This document shows, piece by piece, positions 12,400 to 23,649 of a stretch of 33,178 nt of DNA (position 1 is the stretch's first letter; the number at the start of each line of letters is the position of its first letter). The stretch comes from Jimgerdemannia flammicorona (Eukaryota): assembly GCA_003990765.1 (NCBI GenBank), contig RBNJ01000321.1:1-33178 (forward strand), in the 5' to 3' direction. The notes below the pieces were generated by a model that saw only the letters and a list, made by a program, of their open reading frames with translations, had not been told where the DNA came from and did not search any database. The translations under genes and the position numbers were made by a program.

Positions 12400-14075
12400 T
12401 GGGTTCACCTGATCTGTTTCTCTTGTCAGGGTATTTGAATGAGATATATCCTGCCTTCTTACAGATGAAGCACAATCTCTTTTCGCAGAGCTGCTTCTTT
12501 TCATCCTTGGTGGGAGATCTGGGTCCTCTGGGATTTTGCTGGTTTCTTTGATCATTTCTTCTAGTGAGATTCCTCCTATTTTTGTTATCCTTCTTATATT
12601 CTTGATTTCATGGGGCTTGTGCAGCAAGGATTTCATGGGCTCTTCTTTGTACTTAGGCAAAGCACTATGAGTAGTGGGGGCATCCTTGGGGAAGACCTTG
12701 TTCCTTGATCTTCTGAGTGAGCCAGTCTGGTAGGGCTGCAAAAAGATGGTTGACTCTGGTACCATTGATGGACAAATTGTTCTCCTAGTAGATAAGTCTA
12801 ACAGTTTTGAGATAGGCATCCATTCTGGTGGCAAAGGTTTCTAGATCTTCTTTGCTATTCCTATAGAACTTCATCTGGGACAGTTTGTTCCAAGTTTCTT
12901 GTATATAGGCTGCATTTTGGAATTTGGTCAGTAGTAAGGCCTTGAGTTCTGGGCCTGCTTTATAGTTATCTCAACCTAGTTTATTGTTGGCAGGTACTTG
13001 TCTATTGACTTGAGAGTGATCTTCCCAGGTTACTGGGTGCTGTTCCAAGGTTTACCAGAATTTGGCTACTGCTTCAGTGAAGAATCTGGCTACTGTTTCT
13101 ACTTATACTGCTGAGGTGGCAAACAGCTATTGAAGGGTGTTGTTCTGGTTATTGGTGAGCATTCCTATAGGCACTCAGTTGTTATTCCATTGGTTTGCTC
13201 AGTAGCCTGTATCAACTACATTGATGAAGTTATTGATATCACTGTTTTTTCCACTGAATGTTGAGATTTGCAAGGTCTTAGTTGGTTTGTTCTGTTCAGT
13301 AATCTGTCCTACTATCCCTGCTAGTGCTACTAGCTGGGTAGTCAGTGCTACAATATTGATATCTACTATTGTGTTGACTATTGGTGGTGGGTCTATTGGG
13401 GTAGATTCTCCTGAAGATTGATATACTTGGTGGGGTTGTGGTGCTGTATAACTTGGGGTTACTTGATTCCCAGATATCAGATCAAAGAGTCCTGTGAGAG
13501 AGAGTAAACCAAACCTCTATATAGATAGCTGGATTGGTTCTGGGGTCTGATCTTCTTGACCTGTGGTTTCTTGGTAAATTTCTAGGCCTGCTATTCCTAG
13601 TTGGCTATTGTCAGACTGGTAACTTGTAGAGTCTTCACCTGACTCCCTTCCCTGATGAGATAGTGTATCCTCATACTGACTAGGTCCTTCAAAGAAGATA
13701 TCAGTTTCTGGCTGAGTAGATGGGCCTGCTCCTTGTTCAGCAGTAGGGGATGGGTGGTCTGCTTGCTTGTTCTCATATCTGGTTATGGCAGAGGCATAGT
13801 ATACAACTAGCCTGTAGTAGAGGGAGGTCTTGGTAGGGGTATGATGATATCTGTCAAAGGTAATACACTCGGCAGCTGCTTCTCTTGCAGCAGGGGGTGA
13901 GATATAATCTAAAAAATCCTGAGTGGCTGCAGCAGTAGATTCTGGGGTCTTAGTGGTTCCAATGTGTCCTCAGAGGAGTTTGTAGAACCTACAGTGGCTG
14001 ACTATATTCCTAAGTCCTGGGTGGTAAGTCTTAAAGACCTGGTATAGATTCTTGTAAGCCTGGTCAATTACAAGC
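12400..14075 (-). pseudogene. gag: gag with a long N-terminal region and a degenerate CCHC knuckle
   Basis: Long single frame with sparse stops. Capsid-like LQISTFSGKNSDINNFI at ~13250. CFICKKAGYISFKY at 12431-12472 is C-x2-C-x4-H-x4-C with H>Y and C>Y transitions. The start codon was not identified. Confidence 0.8.
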
Positions 14076-14246
14076 TAGTGGGTCCTTGGGTCTGTAGTTT
14101 CCTGGTACCACCTGGTCCTAATGGCAAGGATTTCTTTGGCTCTGGTTTGGGGATCCACAGTTGGTTCTGGGGGTTACTCCTGTTCAAGGTTGGTCTTGTT
14201 CCAACTTCAGGAGTATGTTCTTGGTACCTTCTTGGCTGGTAACCAC

Positions 14247-14258
14247 CTGCTGCTACCA
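14247..14258 (-). promoter_or_regulatory. Primer binding site, compatible with initiator tRNA-Met
   Basis: TGGTAGCAGCAG begins 3 nt inside the 5' LTR. TGGTAGC is complementary to the GCUACCA 3' end of eukaryotic tRNA-iMet. Confidence 0.75.
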
Positions 14259-14261
14259 AGT

Positions 14262-16262
14262 TGTAATAACTCTCACTTCTACCCCTCTCTTATTCTTTGG
14301 ATAATTAGGGAAGTAAGACTATTATTTAGGGACTTAGTACACAATGTATACCAAGAAGCCTTCAGTTTGAGGAAGTGCTCACTTAAAGGTAGTTGTAGTG
14401 GCAGTACCTTCTATTTCAAAGATCTTTCTCTGGTTTGCCCTATCTTTCAAGAGTCTTGTTCTTTGCTATGCACAGACTGAATTCACCTTGGAATTCAGGT
14501 TCAATGGGTTTACTTAAGTCTTTGGAGATTTATATACCAGTCTCAGTTCTGGCAGAAGTTAGCTAGGCTTCTGGAGTTTAGTCAGAAACACTAGAGTTAC
14601 TTAGATGTCATTATTAAGACTCAGAGGAATGTATGTGTATGGGGGGGACTTGATTCTTGTATTAAGGACTGAACTAAAACTACTTTATTTCAGATGGAAA
14701 CTGGGGGGCATTTATACAAGTTGGTTCATGATTTCTGACTAAGTATGAGTAACTAATTTGGTAACTATGGTGAGGTTTGTGATTGCGACATCTATTGCTA
14801 GGCAATGATCAGTATTGCTGCAGCACTGGTTGCTGTGGTACTAATTACTGCAGATGAGCTGGTTGCTGCAGATGTGTACTGTAGCGCCAATTACTGGAGA
14901 TAAGCTGGATGACATTTATTTGTGTTGTTCACATTATTTGTTATATTATATTCATTTTTTTTTTTTTTTTTAATGGACTCATAGTCCTGTAGATTTTTAT
15001 TGGAAGGGAACCTAGACTATATAGGCCAAAACTCTCCCCCACTACCCACCAAACAATATCCCCCCATGAACCTAGGCTATTAAACTGTCCAGTAGTCCAA
15101 CTGCTCCAGCTATGCCTGTCAAACACTGGCTATATTGATCTCTACAATATAGACTAGACTTGTCTGCTCACCAGGGCTGGATTATTGTTTACATGTAAGA
15201 GCACACCTATGTGTCAGATCTAACAGTGCTGGGACTGAATAAAGAATAGCCCCTCAAACCCCAAAAGAAAGCCTGAGGCAAAGAAAAAACCCCCTAACTA
15301 ACCAATAGAGAGTAAAGCAGATTCAAAGTAGGTGAGTAAAGAACTTATATGCAGAACTTTTCACAAAGAACTTACACATGAGCTAGGGCCAGAAAAGACC
15401 CCACTCCTACTCCCCAAGCCTGCAGGCCTCGATCACATTGCCATATCAGCTCCCAGTTCCAGTTGGATACTACCAAATGAGGAAGGCCCCACTCCCTAAG
15501 TCTGTGGGCCTTGATCACATTGCTACATCAGCTCTCAGTTCCAGTTGGGTACAGCCAGAATGCCAGTCCCTGCACCACCCCACCCCCCACTAGCCAATCG
15601 AAAAGCCCTACAGAAATATTATCTGCCCCAGCCCCAATGACCACCCCCAGCCTGACACCCTACTGGTTTATCGTAATTGCTCATCCTCCTATCTGTGACA
15701 GCCATCTCCTCTCCCATCCCAATAATACCTGAAAACAGTCACCTATGCCAGAACTGTGCTCACCAGGAAGCTCACCAAAGCCAGAGGGCCCCACTACAGG
15801 CACTGAGGACCTGTAGGTAACCTATATTGAGTACTTGACATCCAAGGTCAGCCGACTCTCTATATAACCCATAATACACCAAGACAGCTCCTTGTTGGTG
15901 ATGGCAAAAGGAAGAAGATGCTGCACCAAAATGAATGTACTCCAGATACAGCCAAAGGCACCAGAAACTATGAAAAAGTAGAGAAGACACTGATCTGACA
16001 CTGATAAAAGGGCAACTTATCACTATTGCCCTCCTCCCACTATGCCCATATAGGCACAGCAAACCAACCCAAGGTAGAGAGGAGAATAATAGGGGAAAGA
16101 GGACTTGGAAGGTTGCCTACCAAACTTTGTAACCAGTAAGATAGCAGAGAAAGGGGCTCTACATTATATTTGTTATTCATAATATAGTATATTGTGCTCG
16201 ATCATATGATGATGTCATTGCCAGGTCATGTGATCACTCATCATGTCACTCATTCTATTACA
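14262..16262 (-). repeat. 5' LTR, interrupted by retroposon B copy 2
   Basis: 14262-14956 plus 16175-16262 align to 3186-3958. Confidence 0.95.
14957..16159 (-). mobile_element. Non-autonomous poly(A) retroposon 'B', copy 2
   Basis: T-run at 14955-14971 preceded (minus strand) by AATAAA. Degenerate 15-bp TSD TATATTATATTCATT (14942-14956) / TACATTATATTTGTT (16160-16174). The insert is absent from the other LTR. Confidence 0.85.
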
Positions 16263-19200
16263 ATTATCTCAGAGCAAGTGACTGGAGCTGCCTCAGTGAA
16301 GTTCTAGAAGGGACTGGAGGGGGTTGAGGTGGGTTTTGAGGAGGCAGGTCTACTGGAGGAAGCTTTGAAGACTGGAGTAGTGATAGAAGAGATAGTGGTC
16401 CCTATGGTGTAGTGTTTAAGGTAGGACCCCAGGGTGGTTTAGTTGCTAGTGAAGAGAGTACCTATAGTGACAAAGGTTGAGACTAGGAGGAGGGTGGAAG
16501 AGGTGATAGTGGAGTATAGTGATGTGGTTGATATTGGATTCCAGATATGGGAGGGGACCACTTTTAGGACTAGAGATATTGATGTCAGGATTAGACTGGC
16601 AGTAAGAGAGGCCACAGGGAAGATGAGTGACTGGCCTTTGGTTATATTGTAGAGAGCCTTCATCTGTAAGGTATTGAGAGTAAAGGGGAGTGATGAGGAG
16701 GAGGAGGATCTGTTAGTGGCCCTAGAGGAGATGAGCAGGGCAGTTGAGCAGAGGGTGAATGTCTGAAAGATGTATATATAAGCTATACATTTGGAAATTG
16801 TGGATGGGAAGTACATTCACATGGATAAGGGGCAGTGGAAGAGGGCTCAAGAGTGCAAGAGACAGAGGGAGTTATTGGCAAGCATAGATAGAGGGGCAAA
16901 GAAGAATGCTGATAGAGCTGAAGAGTCTGGAGAGGCTGAAGCAAGTATCTGGGCTAGTAAGAGAGGAGAGAATGGGGAGAAGAGCCTAGATGGAGCCAGG
17001 AAGATGCCATGCAGTGACCCTTATACTGATGGTACATTCAAGGTCTGAGAAGAGGAATTGGATGATACTTCTCCTCTTATCAGGAGGGGTCCAGCTGGGA
17101 GAAGCAAGGTGGTAGAGGATATGTTGATGTGTAGTGTCCAGCAAGTACACTTTGGAGTTCCTGATGTAGTGAAAGGGGAATAGGTGGTGGCAGTTAGTAA
17201 GGATGAGCTGGTAGATGTCCTGGAGGAGGGGTGGGATGAGACTGTGAGTATAGGGGCTGATATCACAATGCTGGATACTGGGAGGCCAGCAATGCCAGGA
17301 GGGAAGGAGGTGGGGAACCTACTGTAGATGTGCTGGATGATGAACAACTTTGTAGCTGAAGAGTTAGGAGAAGTAGACCTGAGAGTAATGAGCAAGGAGT
17401 ATTGGGCACAGATTCTGTATGGTGATGAGGTAGTGGAGGTACTGAAGGTAGAGGTGCTTGCAATTCTTCTAGAGGAGGAGGGTTATGAAGTTGATAAGAA
17501 GAGGGAGGCCGTACTGGCAGTTTTTGCTAGTGAGTGGGCCATCTTCTGTTAGGTGGAGTATCATGGTCTGAAACTCTAGCAGAAGGCCTGCCTGGAGTAT
17601 CATGAGGACTTTGAAGAAAAGGAGGATGGGGAGATAGCTGAACTTCTGGTTGGATTGGAGGCAAAGGAGGCTGATGAGGAGGGATTGGCTGCTGAACATA
17701 ACTTAGATATGGTACAAGAGAGGAGAGATGTGAATTTATAAGGATGAGCAGGACTCTACTTCTAAACATTATTCCCAATGAACAGTATAACTAACATTTT
17801 CTCTCTGAATGTGAATGGGTTATGGGAATCAGAATGGTGAAAGAACATTTTCACTTGGCTTAAGAGATTGGAGGCTGATCTCTTTCTGCTGCAGGATGTA
17901 TGTTATGAGGATGATGTGGATCAAGTGGAGTAGACTAGAGAATAGAGAGGAGCTATAGCTTGGATTGGCAAAGTGGTAATTTTGATATAGAGGGGTAAAG
18001 GGGATTTAGGTGGAATCAGTAGCTGGGGAGACCATTTGGTTTGGAGGAAATAGTGTCAACCTGGGTGAGAGCCAGTGAGAGTTGGCTCTTACTACTGCCT
18101 GATAGCTGTTGGGTGAGCAGATTGCATAGATTAAGGGTCTTCTAGAGAAGGGTATATTCTTAGAGGATGGGGTGGATATTCTGGGGAGTGACTTCAATAT
18201 GGTGCAGAATCTTCAGTTAGATAGAACTGATGGAGAGAGGAGTGCTAGTGGAAGAAGTAGCAGCCTGGATATATGGGAGGAGATAGACAACCTTAGCTCC
18301 CTAGGGGATATGGGCAGAACATAGTTGGGAGAAAGGAGGATTTATATGAACTGGATGAATGGACTTGGTACAAGGATTGACTAGATACTGATGGCCAAAT
18401 GCTGGGGCCTGGATGTCTGGAGGACTCTGAAGGTGGAGTGGTGCCCATGGTCAGATTACTGGAGACTGTTAGAGCAGAGACAGTTTGAGGAGAGTGGAGA
18501 TAAACCCAGACATTGGTGTCTTAACTCCTCTCTGCTGGCTGAGAAGGTGTTGTGAGACCTTTGGACAGCAGACATTCAGGTGAAGATCATAAGAACTTCT
18601 TTTGCTCAAACCACTTGGAATAATCTAAGCCACACCAATATCTTTTTATGAAAAGCAATATATTTTCAAGTTTTCACTTTGCCTACACTGATGTACTAGG
18701 TGCAGCAGAAGTCTGACAACAATTCACATTAAGTTTCATCTGAATCTATTGAATTTTCATTGAATAGTGATATAAGACTCATCAAGCTCTGAGTGCTTAG
18801 AGAGGAGGAAGCCAGGCCTGGGCCTCCCCAAGAGTTTTGCAATAGTGGCAGGAGCTGGTGCTGCTGCTGGAGGGACAGGTGGTCAGCAGAGGTCTGCTGG
18901 CATCTAAGGCTGGCATACTGTGATGGGGGATAGGAGGGCCACTGCTAGGCCCATGGGGGTAGGACAGGGGAGATATAGTATTGACAGGGGGGAGAGTCAG
19001 ATGACTGATCAGATGGCAGGTCAGGTGACTGCCAGGAGACAGGAGTCTGGAGGTAGGACTGCTGGAACTGGCATTTCTGGGGCTGGGCCAGTGGCTGGAC
19101 TGGTAGCTGGAAGAGGATCTGCTGATAGACTCCCTGGAGCTGGTGGGGTGACTGCCAGTGTCTTGGGAGGTAAGGGGAAGACAACGATGATAGCTGGCTC

Positions 19201-20787
19201 TAGAGAACTAGTAGTGCATCCTTTTTTCTACAAATCAGTGTTGACACAGGTGATCTTGGCAAATTTTCTGGGACTGGGTTTGTCTACCAGGGAGGTTTTG
19301 CAGCTGGTGGGTGAGGAGATTGCCAGTGCAGAGTCTCTGAAGTTTATTCTATCAGCAGAGACAGTGGAGATTGGCTTTGTAGAGGAGGAGGAAATGGTAA
19401 AGGCTCTGGAGAAAGGGTTGGTAGTCAAGAGCATCAAGGTTGGAATGGTGAGGTATCTGAGGTGAGATCTGTATGCTATATATCTGGTGGTAGAAGGGTT
19501 TCCAACTCTTGGGAGACAGGAGACTAAGGGGATAGTAGCAGAGGCACTGGTGGGCTTTGGTGAGATAGTTAACTTTGGATTTATGTTCTGAGAGGGGACT
19601 AAGCTGAGAAATGACAACCGTGAGATTATGGTGAGACTGAAGGGCAAGGAGGCCATGGGGCTAGGAAGAGACTGGCCAGAGGTGATTTATATTGGAGGAC
19701 AGGAGTATAAGGTGTGGAGAAGAAAAGGATCTGAATAGGAGGAGGAGGAATTATTACTTGCTCTAGAGGAGAGAGAGGCTACAAAGGAACTGCAAAAGAG
19801 GAGATAGGAGAGGTTTGCTAAGGACTAGATCTGGATTCCAACAGATGGGAGGAGGAAGAGATGGTGGAGAGCAAACTGAGAGTGCCTGCAGATGGTCCTC
19901 CAGGGTGTAAAAATGGAGGAAAAAATGAGGGCAGAGATGGCCAAGAGTCAAATAAAGGAGGTGGAGATGGCTGAGGTGTCCTTTTCACAACTAGGGGGTG
20001 TGGAGAACTCAGCTCATATACTGGTGAAGGGGAAGGGGCCTGATAAGAAGGAGGTAGGCAAAGAGAGCTTTGAGGATATCACTGAGGTAGTGCCTAAGAC
20101 CCAGTTGGAGGATGTTTATATGGTGGGAGCAGTAAATGTTCATTGGGAATATCCAGAGCAGGTAAGGTGGTGTGGTTGGAGAAGGATGCTGAGGAGGATA
20201 ATCTGGTAGATGTGGCCTCTGATGTGTCAGCAAACAGAGAGATACTATAGGAGCTGAGAAGGACCCTGAGACCTGCCACCCCTGGATCTCTAGTGATAAC
20301 TGCTGATGACTGGTATCAGGTGGTGCTTGAGGAACTTGTGGAGAAGAATATCAAGGAAATAGATGTGTTTAATAGATCTCAGGAGACTTGGGAAGAATTC
20401 TTCAATATTACATTGCAGGGACCAAAGCTAGTGATGGTAATGGTGATAGTACTTCTGGATGATGAAGAGTATGAGGTAGATGAGACCCAGATGGCTGATA
20501 TCAGAAAAGTAGCATCTGAGAGAGTAGATATCTTCTGTAGCAGTATGAATGGTACCCATATCTGGAGAGCTATCTGTAAGAAATGAAAGGAAATTATCCA
20601 TAGTTGGGCTAAAAAGGTGGTAGCAATTCTGGAGGAGCTTTAAACATTTTTATTAATGATGATGAACAGTCTACATATTTTATTGCTAAACATCAATGGT
20701 CTATATGATGGAGTGAAGCAAAGGTGTCTATTTCATTAACTGAAGGTCAGGAGTAGTGCATCACAACCCAAGCCAACCCATGTACAT

Positions 20788-21120
20788 ATTTAACCTGACT
20801 CGGAATTATATATCACCTGTCTTTAACCCAACTCAGAATTATACATCACCCATCTTTAACCTGACCCAGAATTATATATCATCCATCTTTAACCTGACCT
20901 GGAATAATATGTCACCCATCTTTAACCTGATCTGGAATTATATATTACCCATCTTTAACCCAACCTGGAAATATATGTCACCTATCTTTAACCCAACCCA
21001 GAATTATATGTAACCCATCTTTAACCCAATCTGAGAAATATATGTAACCCATCTTAAGAAATATATGTGACCCAACCTAAGAAATATATATGACCTGACC
21101 CTGACCCATATTTAACCTGA
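20788..21120 (+). repeat. Left subterminal 33-bp tandem array
   Basis: About 7 good units of TAACCYRACCYRGAATTATATRTCACCCATCTT, followed by degenerate units. Confidence 0.92.
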
Positions 21121-21285
21121 CACAGACTCATCTTTAATCTGCCTTTAAGCTACAAGACACCAAAAAAAATATATTGCACATCTAAGATATATATTTAGAA
21201 TAAACAAACAGAAACATAATTAGGAATCAGAAATCAAAATGAAATCGGAAATAAATAGGAAGTAAATCAGAAAAATAAAGAACTT

Positions 21286-22649
21286 ACTGGTGTGAACAGA
21301 TCTTACTCTTTATTGCTATAAACCAACTAATTCTCCTCCTCTTCATTGCTATAAACCAACTGATCCTCCTCCTTCTCATATTTCAAACCATCTTCCTCCA
21401 TATATTCTGAACCACTTTCCTCTATATCCTCCTCCTCCATATCCTCCTCTGTGCCAACCTCCTCCACACCAACCTCCATTTCATCCTCCATGCCAACCTC
21501 CCTGTATTCCTCCACGCTGACCTCCCCCATGCCAATCTCCCCATGTTCCTCTGTGCTGACCTCCCCCATGCCAACCTCCCCATATTCCTCCATACCAACC
21601 TCTCCATGTTCCTCCATACCAACCTCCCCCATGCTGATCTCCCCATATTCCTCTGCACTGACCTCCCCTATACTGACCTCCCCCATACTGACCTCTCCTG
21701 TGCTGACCTCTCCACCAACCTCTCCATCAGTGCCGACTCCTCCACTGGCACTGACCTCTCCCATCTCTCCATCTTCTCCACTATCACCCCCCTCAACAAA
21801 ATGTATAAGCCTGCCATTCATCAGTCATATATAAAGCATTTTGTCATTCTTCACCAGTACTTATTCAAATATGGCCAGCAGTTTTTCATATTCATCTATG
21901 ATGACAATTTTATCTGGACAACCTTGCTTGTTCCATGCTTTGGCATTTACCTTGAAGCCAGTGTAGTATGATGAATGTTCCACAATTTTCACACAGTTTT
22001 CTATCACTCTTATGACTTCTTGCCTCAGTTAGTCATCATGTACTTTCTTAATATGTTTGTTGGCCACAGCCAAAGCATGCCTAATGTCTGATTTGTAAGG
22101 CCTTTTCTCCATGAGGTTTGGGGCATCTGGGAAATTGGTTTGGCAATGCTTCTAGGTAGTGCTTGGGCAAACTTGATGGCAAAAATGGTAATTGTAGCAA
22201 GATTTGCACTCTGGCCCAGGCTTAGAAGCTGGAGGATATATATATTTCGAATGTTATCAGGAAAAAAATTTGGACATTGATTTAAAAAGAAAAAAAAAAA
22301 AAAAACTAACTTTTTCGAGCTACATTATTGGGATCTAGTGGGGGATCTTGTACTTGCAGACTGGCAGTGAGCTGGCAGTCAAGCTGGAGATCAGGGAGCT
22401 GAGGGTCAGCAAGCTGGGAGTCAGTAAGCTCAGCAACCTAGGTGTTGGCAAGCTTAGCAGGCTGGGTGTCAGCAAGCTTGGTAGGCTGGGTGTCAGTAAG
22501 CTCAGTAGACTGAGTATCAGCAAGCTTGGCAGGCTGGGTATTGGCAAGTTGGGTATCTTTAGGGTGCCAAGCTTTGGGATGGTGAGCTGAAGCGCATTGA
22601 GCTTGGGGGGGGCCAAGTAAATACTTATTGGCTGGGTGGTCATATTCAT
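21286..22649 (-). pseudogene. hAT cargo gene of unknown function: 8-aa repeats, Cys/His cluster, helical region, acidic repeat tail
   Basis: Exon ADTQPAKL-type repeats...DPNNVARK, then an intron GTTAGT..CTCCAG (22310-22229). Splicing keeps the frame into TSKPGPECKSCYNYHFCHQVCPSTT*KHC...LMNGRLIHFVEGG and the acidic ORF at 21327-21821. Start and end are approximate. Confidence 0.65.
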
Positions 22650-22774
22650 ATTTTCTCAATATAGTAGTAAATTAAGTAAGACAAAGCAAAGGATGAGGCA
22701 AAGCAAAGGATGAGGCAAAAAGAACAAGAGGCAAAAGTAAGCTTTCAATATTTTAAATGTTCAAAAGCTATAAT

Positions 22775-22880
22775 ATCTTTCAGAAGCTCTTTTGGAATCT
22801 CTCCAAAATCTCTTTCAGAAGCTCTTTCCAAATATCTTCGAAATCTCTTTCAGAATCTCTTCAAAATCTCTTTCAAAACC
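22775..22880. repeat. 11-12 bp tandem repeat (TCTTTCAGAAKC-like)
   Basis: About 9 degenerate units are visible. Confidence 0.7.
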
Positions 22881-22988
22881 CATTTCTATATTACATATTA
22901 TTTGTAATCTGAGGAATAAGAGTGAGGGAGGTGGAGTAATATATGAGGGTTGTGCAAGAGGAGTGGAATATAAGAGGAGTAGAATGCA

Positions 22989-23649
22989 AGAGGAGTGGAA
23001 TACAGTGAGGAAAGCTCCAGATTACAATATAAGCATAAGCATAAGCATAAGCACAAGCTTTGCTCCACTCAGCTGATAGCTGATATCATGTGATATCAGC
23101 TTATTATCAGCTTGTCAGACTGAGCGGAGCAAAGTTTATGCTTACACTTATGCTTGCAATCTGGAGCTTTCCTCACTGCATTCCACTCCTCTCTATATGA
23201 TTCAGCAGGTTCTGTGTAAGCCCCAATTGAGCGAGGTTTGCAATGATATTTGAGCAAGATTTGTGATACATTTGAGTGAGATTTGCAGTAAGATTTGTAG
23301 TGAGGTTCAAGCAAGATTTGCAAGGAAGATTTGTATAAGTCAGGCTTTGTAAGCCTTGCACTTGCAAGCACAGCTGATAGCTGATATTATGTGATATCAG
23401 CTTATATATATGTCATATCAGCTTGTGACTGAGCTTGTCCAGGCTTGCAAGTACAAGGCTTGCAAAGCCTGGCTTATACAAATCTTGCTTTAATCTTATA
23501 TGCAAATCTCACTTGCAAATCTTACTTTAATCTTGCTTGCAAATCTTGCTCAAACCTCACTACAAATTTTGCTCAAATGTATTACAAACCTTGCTCAAAC
23601 ATTATTGCAAACCTTGCTCAATTGGGGCTTATACAGAACATACTGAATC
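22989..23649. repeat. Two adjacent long inverted repeats (22989-23192 and 23199-23649) sharing a palindromic core
   Basis: Arms AGAGGAGTGGAA..GGAAAGCTCCAGATT / AATCTGGAGCTTTCC..TTCCACTCCTCT and GATTCAG..AAGCCCCAATTGAGC / GCTCAATTGGGGCTT..CTGAATC. Core CAGCTGATAGCTGATATYATGTGATATCAGCTTA at 23070 and 23371. Confidence 0.88.

Larger units (their letters stand above)
3186..16262 (-). mobile_element. Full-length degenerate Ty3/Gypsy chromovirus LTR retrotransposon with dUTPase and an extra ORF
   Basis: Paired LTRs TGTAATAA...TATTACA, 5-bp TSD ATTAT (3181-3185, 16263-16267), PBS and PPT. Domain order is gag-dUTPase-PR-RT-RH-IN-chromodomain. Confidence 0.96.
2542..18593 (+). mobile_element. LINE-A1 (5'UTR, ORF1, endonuclease part of ORF2), split by the LTR element; own sequence 2542-3185 and 16268-~18593
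   Basis: The 5'UTR TATCTTT..TACTATTCACATAATACAAA resembles 27389 TATCTTTCACCAGTACTATTCAGATGACACAAA. ORF1 rejoins across the LTR insertion (ARIVLGII|SEQVTGAASVKF vs ARMILELVVQEVKGAVSVKF at ~28000). ORF2 ATG is at 17778 with SLNVNG, LLQD, GSDFN, TRID, SDY and HWCLNSSLL. Confidence 0.85.

Noticed and set aside
12211..12834. 207-aa ORF as gag
   Set aside because: It is in the wrong frame. The knuckle and dUTPase motifs are in a different, stop-interrupted frame.
20756..21013. ORF with an 11-aa repeat, or a CRISPR-like array
   Set aside because: It is the translation of the contiguous 33-bp subterminal repeat. There are no unique spacers and the context is eukaryotic.
21451..21834. Ser/Pro/Thr mucin-like ORF on the + strand
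   Set aside because: It is the antisense reading of the acidic repeats of the cargo gene.
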